From Octopus sinensis (taxonomy: Eukaryota): a stretch of DNA of 64,000 bases. The notes under the pieces were generated by a model. That model made no database searches, had not been told where the DNA came from, and worked only from the letters and a program-made list of their open reading frames with translations. The position numbers were made by a program, and so were the translations under genes. The stretch spans positions 91,760,001-91,824,000 of the forward strand of contig NC_043006.1 in NCBI RefSeq assembly GCF_006345805.1, read 5' to 3'. Shown here one piece after another: positions 53,901 to 64,000 of this stretch; positions within the stretch are counted from its first letter, which is position 1; the number at the start of each line of letters is the position of its first letter.

Positions 53901-54661
53901 AAGTTATTCAAAATGTGAACTTACAGACGCAGGTTTCTGTAAATTTTATTGTTTCAGTCCAGTAATTCCAAGAGCTAAACTACATAAAGTGTGGTTATTC
54001 GGCCTCTTTGTTTTTCTAAATGATGCCAATATAAAACAAATGATTCCACGGCTATTTCGAAAATATTCTTTCTTTCTCATTAGTCACAAGATTGCTGCTT
54101 TTTTCTATGTACATATTTTCTCTGATCAATTCTAGTCACAAAGACATCCGGATTTTCTGGTTTGAAACGTACAGACGATGTCTTTCTCTAATTATGAAGC
54201 TGAGTAAATTTGCAATAATAGTTGATGACTGTTATCTTCGAAGAACTTCTGGTATCAATGCCCATGACTGGAATGGTAAACAATTTTTACTTCTTTGGAC
54301 AACACTGTGATCTCATCTTCATAGATTAATTAATTTCTTTATTGATCAGTAAACATTAACAATTCCTTGATCACCTCTGTGAAAGATCTACAATTTACAT
54401 AATGACTTTTTTATGATTATTATGTATTATACATTTTGTTTAGTGTGTAATACATAATTATATACTTTTAGTGTCATTGGTCCGTTAACCTTGAAGCCTA
54501 CAGCACAAGGTCAGCAGCAATTATGAGCAGACAAGGTTTCGTAATTACGACTATATTACCACTATATCGTAGCTATCAGTTAAATTTGGTTAACCTTTAC
54601 GAAATAATAAAATGTAATCGGACACACACACAACCACAAACACACACGTGCACACATATAC

Positions 54662-54749
<88 letters not shown>

Positions 54750-55049
54750 GAATATATAAGAGATAATGGTGTCATTGAGACCCAAAGGCGTCAAGTAATG
54801 CTGAATAAGTGCTATAGACAGAGCATAGTTACGTTCCAGATTTGGTAATATTGCGAATAAAGGGTTCAATGTTAGTTCTATGTCAGCGTGTATATATATG
54901 AATATATATATATATATGTGTATGTATTCATATGTAGTGCGCACATATGATATTTATAGGCTTGCTAGTGCGTGTGTGTATATATCTATATACATACGTA
55001 TTCATATATGTACACACACAGGCGCACACACATACACACACAGGCACAC

Positions 55050-55425
55050 AATCTTTTACCTTTCACCTTTAATTCTAACTATTCATTGTACTGCGATCAT
55101 GCTGGAGCTCGAGCTTGAAGGATTTAGGTGAATATATCGACCTTGGTGCTTAAGCCTGGTACTTATTCTATCAGTCGCCTTTTGTCCATCTGCTAGATTA
55201 CCGGGACGTAGACAACCCAACAACAGTTGTCAAGTAATGGCGGTAGACGAACACAAACGCAAAGGCATACTCCACCCATCGCACCAATACGACAGGCTTA
55301 TTTCTGTTTACATACACCGAATCTTCCCAAAAGTCTTTAGTCGGGCTGGGATTATAGCAGAAAACACTTCACCAAGGTGTTATGCAGGGGGACTGAAACC
55401 AGAACAATGTGGTTTTGGGAAGCAA
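55050..55425 (-). mobile_element. Degenerate SINE family 1
   Basis: catgctggagc...ggtacttattctatc...ctttagtcgggc...ggactgaaaccag. Confidence 0.65.
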
Positions 55426-55490
55426 ATAGCGCATATATATATATACATACATGCATATATACATACATGTATATATACATATATACATAC

Positions 55491-55525
<35 letters not shown>

Positions 55526-55837
55526 TGTATGTATGTATGTATGTATGTATGTATGTATATATAAATATTTAAATAATGAGGGAGATAAATTAATATTAAT
55601 TTTAATATCAATTTAAAACTAGTAGTCTAGCATACAAAAAATCTGAGAAGTCAGAGAAAATTCTAATATATGTGTATATTGGCAGGGCAAAACTGCTAGG
55701 TAGTCGTCCGTATGCTAGAAATAGATCATCAGCGATCAAACTACAAAGAAAATTCTCTAGAGGAAAAAATCAGCGAACACCAGAACCAAATTTGGCGGGC
55801 AGGACAGATGAAAAATTATATAAAAAACAGAATTAAA

Positions 55838-55910
55838 TGCATACGTCGGTTTCGGTCTTTAACAAAAGAATTACTTACATAATTCAAATGTCCGTGGCTT
55901 CATCAGTGCA
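55838..55910 (-). ncRNA. Degenerate type I HHR motif
   Basis: Minus strand reads TGCA-CTGATGA-AG...GAATTA tgtaag TAATTC...GACC-GAAAC CGAC GT-A-TGCA. The base of stem II is partly decayed. Confidence 0.55.
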
Positions 55911-56671
55911 ATCGTTCAGTGTAAATGCAATCTAAAAAAAACTAACCCCAGCTTTCTGTGCCAAGACAGACACGTGCTTAGTTTTACCGATTACATTAGG
56001 GATAAAATTTCAAATGTCTTGGTTTCGGCGCGCTAAGAAATTCCTGAAGCGAAGGACCGCAGTAAATAATTCACTGCGGTTAGTGCCTGCAACTAGAGAA
56101 CGTATTTATTTCAATATTTAAATATATATGATTAAGATAGCTTTGCAGTAGTGGAAATAATATAATTAGCTGATAGAATTTCCTACTAAGAGTATACTCT
56201 CTACAGGCAACCAAGAGAAGCTATTAATCTTTAATCATCCCAGCGGTCTAGAGCACCATAAAGCGGCACTTTTCTTATTGTCTTAAATAATAATACAAAT
56301 TAATTCTACTGCGCTCGTGGTTCTAAATTCTAATGCTATCCAAAACCTTCAGTAGTATAAGTGTATATGTAAGTGTGTATATATATATGTATATATATAT
56401 ATATATATATAAGTTTAACAATTAAGGATAATCTCTTAATAAGGGATCTTAACAAGAAATTATCGGGTAGCTAGCGTGAAAACCTCATAAAAGAAAAGAA
56501 TTCGAAAATAATTTTTTTCTTTTGAACAAATTAATTATATCTATATTGTATAGAGGGCATTATTACACATAAATGCCTCACACTAAGAGGGACAAAGTCA
56601 TTACTACCAAAATTATACTAATCATACCCAAATGCAGTTTTTCAAAGCAAGACATTTAAAAAAATGAATTT

Positions 56672-56729
56672 AGTTCTGTATCACCGTGATTTCACATTCA
56701 ACTTACGTCTAATGATCGTCAGCAGAACT
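56672..56729 (-). ncRNA. Type I hammerhead ribozyme, identical inverted copy
   Basis: Exact reverse complement of 57021-57078. Confidence 0.8.
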
Positions 56730-57020
56730 GATTCTGAACACATCATAAATAAAAAAATTATTTTCGAATTCTTTTCTTTTATGAGGTTTTCACGCTAGCT
56801 ACCCGATAATTTCTTGTTAAGATCCCTTATTAAGAGATTATCCTTAATTGTTAAACTTATTCCGAAATACTTTTCATTACCCGACATGGAGTTCGTAAAA
56901 AGCCCGCCATTTACCGGATATATGATTTATAAACATTCCATGTGCTTGGCCGGAGTGAGCAGTTGTCTGTTTGTCTTCGCTACGTAAGGTTGGTAGTTTA
57001 TTTATGATGTGTTCAGAATC

Positions 57021-57078
57021 AGTTCTGCTGACGATCATTAGACGTAAGTTGAATGTGAAATCACGGTGATACAGAACT
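57021..57078 (+). ncRNA. Type I hammerhead ribozyme, predicted cleavage after A57071 (AUA triplet)
   Basis: AGTTCTG-CTGACGA-T CATT A GAC GTAA GTT G AATG T-GAAATCAC G GTGAT-A-CAGAACT. Stem I is 7 bp, the core is intact, stem II is capped by a GNRA loop and stem III is near-palindromic. The only deviation is U-U at 10.1/11.1. Confidence 0.8.
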
Positions 57079-57219
57079 AAATTCATTTTTTAAATGTCAT
57101 GCTTTGAAAAACTGCATTTGGGTATGATTAGTATAATTTTGGTAGTAATGACTTTGTCCCTCCTAGTGTGAGGCATTTATGTGTAATAATGCCCTCTATA
57201 CAATATATATATATATTAT

Positions 57220-57250
<31 letters not shown>

Positions 57251-58354
57251 CTCGTAATACACGTATAGATGTATGTACATATACGTATGTATATATGCAT
57301 ATATATATTATTTATATTATTTATATTATTATATGATTGAACGCCACACATCCTCTTCCAAGCAAGTTTTATCTTACTAATTCTGATGCGCACGCTATAC
57401 GACCTTTTTACTCTTTCGTTTTTCTCCCCTTTTCTCTCTCATATTCTTTTACCTCCTCTTCTCCCACTTCTTTATCCTATTGCACTGTCACTCTCTCTCC
57501 CTCACTCCTCCTCTCTTGCTCATGTGGCTCCCACGTGGCCATCGGCCATTTTCGTTCTTTGTCTCCGTTGCAGCTGGAACAAGGAGGACGTGTTCTTGTT
57601 TGTCTCCTGCCCTAGCTTCATTTACGCGTTCGCCACCACCACCTCGCTTACGCTTAGCAACCCCTTCATTTCTTTTTGTGTAACTAATCTTGATCCTCCT
57701 CAAAACCCCAAATTTTAATTAATTTGCTTTGTGGAAGCAGCTATTTGATCGAAAGCCTATATTGTTGTTAAATGCTCGAAATACGAGACTAAAGAAACAC
57801 TCAACAACAGATGAAGAGTCGTTCTATATGCTGCTTGCCTTGTTTTCCATTTGTGTCTTTCGTTGTTCGAAAAATAGTTCCTATTCCATGTACTCGTACT
57901 TCGTACTTTTTTGTTGTACACGATTCGTGACGTCCTGTGCCTACATATACATATATAAATATATATACATACACGTATAGATGTAAGCATGTACATATAC
58001 GTATGTACATATTGCATATATATATATACACAAACGCACACAAATTTAGGGCATGGAGCAGGTAAAAACCTGGGTACATATGCTTCCTCGCCAGCAGAAT
58101 ATGGGAAGTGGTAATTACTCAACGAGGGTTACTCCACTTGATATTCATCAGGTTGAAGATTCCTCGGTTAAACGAAGTTATATTGTCATCAAGGGATCCC
58201 TTACAACCTAACTTCGATGCTGTGAAAAATTTCCAACCATCTACGCCAGTAAACCGCTATTGTTCCTAAAAAGCTGTCTTTTATAACTTCTACGGACTGA
58301 CCGAAACTTACTGACTTCCTGTACCTGAATCCTTGGATTACATATAATTTTATA

Positions 58355-58396
<42 letters not shown>

Positions 58397-58400
<4 letters not shown>

Positions 58401-58706
58401 CGTGATCACCGTGACCGACCAGGCCATCATATGTTGTTACACATCGCTGGTCACAATGCGCTTCGCATTGTTTTAGCCTTCAAATGACGCCACCCCGCTG
58501 GCTAAGCGAGCAGGCCAACAGAAGAAAGAGTGAGAGAAAGTTGTGGCGAAAGAGTACAGCAGGGATCGCCACCACCCCCTGCCGGAGCCTCGTGGAGCTT
58601 TAGGTGTTTTCGCTCAATAAACACTCACAACGCCCGGTCTGGGAATCGAAACCGCGATCCTACGACCGCGAGTCCGCTGCCCTAACCACTAGGCCATTGT
58701 GCCTCC
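58397..58706 (-). mobile_element. Full-length tRNA-derived SINE family 3
   Basis: Head GGAGGCACAATGGCCTAGTGGTTAGGGCAGCGGACTCGCGG...GGTTTCGATTCC with A and B boxes. Tail (CACGGTGAT)x2 followed by (TA)n. Confidence 0.88.
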
Positions 58707-58885
58707 ACACACACACACACACACACACAAATATATATATATAGAAAATAGTAAAGAGTGAAAAAACGACAGAAGGCTTACATGTTAAAATATATATATA
58801 TTTGCGTCAATATGTCTGAAGAATATTAGAAAATTTTTTTTTTTAATTAAAAAAAAAATTTTTCCCTTTATAATGACATAATTAA

Positions 58886-59155
58886 AAGAAAGACCGGTTT
58901 CGCGTGTAGCTTATCAAATTTCTTGTGACGTTATGTTTATGTTGGATAGAGTTATCGTTGTGTTTATGTTCCGGAGAGTTCTAAATAAGGGGAGGTAGTG
59001 GGTGATTTCTTCCGGTGTAAGGGAGATAATCGCTTAAAAAAGTTTTTTCCTTTCCCTTAATGTGAATTTCTCTGTATCAGTATGTTCGGATGGTTGAGTC
59101 TGGGCTTGTACTTTTCAATGAAGAATGTTTCCTTGTTTAGTCTAATTTGTGTTGA
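58886..59155 (-). mobile_element. PLE 3' end: GIY-YIG C-terminus plus decayed HHR
   Basis: Minus-strand translation SSTQIRLNKETFFIEKYKPRLNHPN matches the tail of 3006-3359 (RELCFIRKFRPSLN). Downstream GC-TACAC-GC-GAAACCGGT-C-TTTCTT keeps the 3' half of an HHR, while the 5' core is decayed. Confidence 0.7.
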
Positions 59156-59208
<53 letters not shown>

Positions 59209-59214
59209 CTACTA

Positions 59215-59520
59215 CTTCCTGACATTTCAAACCGTAGTCCTTCATCAGGAAACGAAAAAGGAAGGGTGGAAAGAATGAAAGAAATAAAAAGAGTGGGGTC
59301 CGATCACAAATGCGGTTCTAGGAGAGGGAGGGCAGCAGCAGCAGCTAGGAGTTGAAGTAGAGCCGTGATGTGGCGTGTATATGTAAGAGGGTGTCTGTAT
59401 AAGAGATGGACACAGGAGAAGATTGTGAGCGGTGTGGGGTATAGGGGATTAGCTAAGGTTGCATGAATTTATGCTAGATGGGTAAGTGATTCGGGTTTAG
59501 ATGAGAGGAAGACCTTGAAA
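59215..59520 (-). mobile_element. Second PLE-type tail with an HHR-like motif at 59215-59253
   Basis: Minus strand reads TTC-CTGATGA-A-GGAC-TACG-GTTT-GAAATGT-C-AGGAA, with a UNCG loop and apparent C-to-T decay of GTCC and GAAAC. Confidence 0.5.
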
Positions 59521-60173
59521 AAAGTGTAACTGAATCACCGAAGAAAACTGCAAGAAAAATGTAATAATGGATAAGATTATTAGATTTAACTTAAGCAACA
59601 AGATATAACGTTTAGGTTATCAGTAAACTTGAGTAATCAATGCACGTATTTCATTGTATTTTATTAACTTCACATAAAAGAGGAAAACGAAAGATGACTC
59701 CTGCAAGATTTAAGCACAGAAAAGAAACATCTGAAACAAAATACATTAAGGCAATTTTTTCCTGTGCCCTAACTATTACAACAACCAACCATCCTTATTT
59801 AAATGTTGAATGCAATGAATAAATAAATCCGAGACCAACACAAAATTCCCTCCCCTGACTTCGTCGCGCATGCGTTAAGGTCGTCAATATATTCTCCACT
59901 AACTACTTGTAACCTTTTCTGCTTTCATCCGCGAATTTTAAACTATAAACACCACCACCACGACCCCCACCACCACCACCACCACCACTACTACTACTAA
60001 CTACTACTACTACTACTACGCGGAAGCTGTCATTGACAACAAAGGAAAGAGTTTCGGAATGGTAAGGAAAAAGACGTTCAAAAGAGGTTGTCAGGAAACA
60101 AGCGAAAGAAAATATATCGATTGTATTGTTTAATATAATATTTTATACATACCCATGTATGACAAAACAAACA

Positions 60174-60257
<84 letters not shown>

Positions 60258-60439
60258 GGCGTACACGTATGTGTATATATGTATGTATAATTTGTTGTCC
60301 ATATACTTCTGTGAAGTCTGACTCCTAGAAACAAGATCGTCTTCGAAGATGGTATAAAGAAAAAAGATAATATCATATTATGTACAGATTTCAATATATA
60401 GTATTATTTTAATTTCGAGTTCATTATTGTTTCAGCTGC

Positions 60440-60518
<79 letters not shown>

Positions 60519-61569
60519 CTGTCTGTCTGCGTATGTGCACCCCCCCCACACACATATATATATATATATTCTCATGTATAGAAATGTATATATATATATA
60601 CATATATATATATGTATATATATATATTCATATATATATGCATATGATGCATATGTATATATATGAATATATATATATTCATATATATATAGGCATACAT
60701 GGTATATATATACCATATACATATACAGCATATATGCATATATGCTATATATATATATATTTGTGTGTTTGTGTGTGTGCATAACAGAATGTAAGTTTAC
60801 ATCGGTGTCTTTACGTGACATCTTACATTATTCAGTTGAAACATCAAAGAGATGCTATTCAATATTGGGAGATGCTTTGGAAACTTACCATTCTACACAG
60901 TGAATCAAAAAACACAGCGAAACATTATTTTATTGTTAATTTAAAGAAAAAAATATTTCTTTGTGAAAGATGATGTTATATTATGAAATATTTCCTATAG
61001 AAATAAGGTCTCCATTCTATATAAGGTAAAGGTTTTGTGAATGTGTCAGGTTTTTTACCGACGCTATATCGTATCATGTCTGACATAAATATCTTCGGTA
61101 TAAAGCTCATAAAACTGAAGATGTCACGACTGGCTGCAGAAATAAAGACATTTCGAAGAAATATTCTTTTGCCAATACTGACATCGGACACTCAGTAAAG
61201 ACATTTTCAAGAGATATACTTAATATCTACTATAACAAATATTTTAGAATACTAGAATATTCCTTTCTTTTATTCTTTCATTGTCTTACTAGTTTCCGAC
61301 AGAAGGTGAGGCCGTGTTGGGTTACCACCTTTTAGTCTGATTGGTTTTCTTCCCGTTGAAGTAACGAGTTGGGTGTCATAGAAATATGACTTCGTAAATG
61401 ACATTCTGCATTGGTATCGGTATGATATGAATCGTTATGATTTATAGCAATATATGTTGTCTTTTAATCTAAATTATTATAATTTTATAGACAGGAATTC
61501 ACGTGATCATACATATCATCTCATATTATCAACTCCAGCCCTGGGTATTCTAGTCTCTTGTCCTAAAAC

Positions 61570-61770
61570 TCACAGGGCCAGTCATACGCTTTCCATGGCC
61601 AATAAGTGACTGGGGTCAGCACGCCAGTCCATGAAAAGTTTACTAATTTATAGCTCATACAATTCAAGCAACGTGAAATGAACCGTTTTTCTCAAGAGCT
61701 GGACGCACTGCCTGGTCCGAGGATCGAAACCATGATCTTATGAACATGCGTGGAAGACCATGCGCTTTCA
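61570..61770 (-). mobile_element. Degenerate tRNA-headed SINE
   Basis: ggccag...ttccatggcc...gcaacgtgaaatgaac...gtccgaggatcgaaacc. Confidence 0.5.
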
Positions 61771-63087
61771 CTTCATAATGTGATCCGGTTCTAGTTAACC
61801 AACGTTTAAACTGTGTTCTGTCTTTATGAGGTACCCTATATATCTAAATTTTAAATACTATTTATTTCCAGTTAAATATGTTGCACTATCAATGCTTTCG
61901 AACTAATACTCAAATCCTTTTACGTTATCGTAAATTTCCACCACTGCCTAAATTCTCATTAATAAATCCTTTACAATGAATTAGCAATCGATCAAAATCG
62001 CTGTGTGTAATCTTCCATCCAAATCTAATGACTACGAGCTACTTGTGATATTCAGGCATCGATCAGTTGTTGACTTAAATTAAATTCGAAATGCACCCCG
62101 CCACCGTTGCCTGTCTGTTATTTCTGATGTTTCTTTGAATTCGAAGAAATTTATGATAACTTCTTCAATGCTATCACTTAAGACAAATCAAGGAAATTAT
62201 TGAGCCATTTAACATTTGCATCTTTACAACGGAAAAGGTTATGGATCATTCCAGTTCTTAGAGCTACAGCTTTCTCATTTCCCTGTGAGGACAAATTGTT
62301 GATTTATCAGGTGACACAAATTTTAATTAAAATGAATTTAAATATTTTATAATGTTTGCATAATTTTGTTACTGCAATTTTCAGCAGTAATTTTCGTGCT
62401 CAAAATATTTTAAATACTTTTCAAAGACCTTATGACTTTCGGCAAAACACCCAAGTCAGGGAAATAATTTACTCCTATTTTGCGAGATGTTTTAAATTAA
62501 ACGATCATTAAAAGTTGCTTGTATTGATGTTTTTATACAAAGAAATGAATTACATTTTGAAATTTAAATACATATTTGTTTCATTGTTGATAAGATTTAG
62601 GGAACGGTGTGTTATTTTCTTAAATAAATGAACGGACATTTCACTTTCTGCGCTGCTATTACTGTAAGCACTTAAATATGGATGTCACATTATCTTCAAC
62701 CAAACTGATCACTTTGAAGTAAGGGATTTCCTTACCTCCTCTTCTTGGCAAAGGCTATAATTGTTTGGCCCTAAGGCCTTCTATTTTAGGTGGGCTTGCT
62801 ATTAAAGGCGTTCAAGCTGTGATCATTCTATCTTTAGATAATCTTTATCGATCTATTTAACTTAGTGGATAGAGTAATACAATCACGATCGCAAGATCGG
62901 GTTTTCTATTCTCGTTCCGGTCGAGCTGTTGTGTTCTTGAGCAAATCACTTCATTGCTCCAGTTCGCTTAGCTCTAAATGAATAACCCTGAGAAGAAGGA
63001 ATGGAGTCCCATATGTTGCTATGTCAGTTATTTCAGTCATGGAAACCGGACAACCTTCTTACTGTAATTTGGCAGACGGAAATCTGC

Positions 63088-63142
<55 letters not shown>

Positions 63143-63284
63143 CACACATATATATCCGAGATTTATTTCAACGAAGCGTTTTGAAATCCGCGATAAACCT
63201 GTGCCTTCGAAAGGAGTCTCTTAATATATGCTCCCCTTCTGTATTTCAGAAACAAGCGGACAAAAGGCTTGTTTGCAATTCTTT

Positions 63285-63390
63285 CAGCTCTTTAGATCCT
63301 GAGTTGACACTCCTCTTAGGTCAACATTGCCTTCCGTCCTTGCAGGGTCGATAACATAAGTACCAGTTGCCAAAATTTGAAACCATTCTT
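63285..63390 (+). mobile_element. Internally deleted SINE family 2 whose tail runs into (CTT)n
   Basis: ggtcaacattgccttccgtccttgcagggtcgataacataagtaccagttgccaaaatttgaaaccatt followed by (CTT)n to about 63580. Confidence 0.6.
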
Positions 63391-63641
63391 CTTCTTCTTC
63401 TTCTTCTTCTTCTTCTTCTTCTTCTTCTTCTTCTTCTTCTTCTTCTCCTCCTCCTCCTCCTCCCTCCTCTTCTTCTCCTCCTCCCCACCCCTCCTCCTCC
63501 TTCTCTTCTTCTTTTTCTTCTTCTTCTTTTTCTTCTTCTTCTTCTCTTCTTCTTCTTCTTCTTCTTCTCCTTCTTCTTTCATTGCCTTTGCACAGCTTCT
63601 AACACTGGAGATATACTACGGTGTCAGCTGTTCGCTACTAG

Positions 63642-63825
63642 TGATGAACGAAACACCCATATTTCCAGGTGTGAATAAAGCAAGCCTGGAAGAATTCCCC
63701 TCAACGCATGGTTATGATGTCCCCCCCACTACTTCTGCTTCTGGTCAGAGATGCACATATCGTCAGCCACTAAGGAACATTCTCAAGCAACTGAGAAGCA
63801 AATCTGTGGTATTGAGCAGAATATT
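63642..63825 (-). mobile_element. Internal fragment of the (AAT)n-embedded element
   Basis: Aligns to about 18850-19045. Confidence 0.7.
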
Positions 63826-64000
63826 ACTCACGATCCTTAAACCACAGACCTGTTTGTGGTGCTGTGGAAAAAGAGGCAACAAAATTGAATATGAGATATA
63901 TCCATTCCGTCCCCCTAACCCCACAGAAGATCTCTCGGATGCAAGTTTATTCGGAAAATGTTTGCTTGGGTCAGGGGTTTGTATTCGTGTTAAACGTGAG

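Larger units (their letters stand above)
56409..57207. mobile_element. HHR-bearing element with interleaved inverted repeats A-s-B-A'-C-B', inside (TA)n
   Basis: A (56409-56518) is the reverse complement of A' (56751-56860). B (56542-56753) is the reverse complement of B' (56997-57207) with about 3 differences. Confidence 0.9.

Noticed and set aside
58620-58706. tRNA-like sequence with A and B boxes (also 34280-34352)
   Set aside because: These are SINE heads continuous with SINE bodies, not tRNA genes.
51-63678. Most ORFs in the supplied track (poly-YI, poly-Y, poly-L, poly-N, HT/CV repeats)
   Set aside because: They are translations of (TA)n, (CA)n, (ATGT)n, (TAC)n, (AAT)n and (CTT)n microsatellites, which lack stops in some frames.
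1-64000. CRISPR array or prokaryotic defence system
   Set aside because: No regularly spaced repeats with unique spacers, no operons, and all recognisable content is eukaryotic repeat DNA.

Overview
AT-rich, microsatellite-dense animal DNA with no prokaryotic features. The SINE repertoire and composition suggest a coleoid cephalopod, probably Octopus (inference). I found no intact protein-coding gene, only a few weak exon candidates. The window is mostly mobile-element debris: tRNA-headed SINEs, a full-length frameshifted mariner (36442-37702), a Tc1/mariner MITE, RTE-LINE fragments and several Penelope-like element (PLE) GIY-YIG tails. The main signal is about a dozen type I hammerhead ribozyme (HHR) motifs, folded by hand, in sequence-unrelated repeat families. 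Two lie in short non-coding monomers (399 nt and about 480 nt) whose terminal redundancy or circular permutation resembles retrozymes or PLE pseudo-LTRs. One lies in each arm of a 1.55-kb near-perfect palindrome. One family has a non-canonical CUGUNGA core in both copies. Several HHRs are followed about 95-125 nt downstream by a shared GGCTGCTATTTCTAGC-like motif. All ribozyme activity is predicted, not demonstrated.
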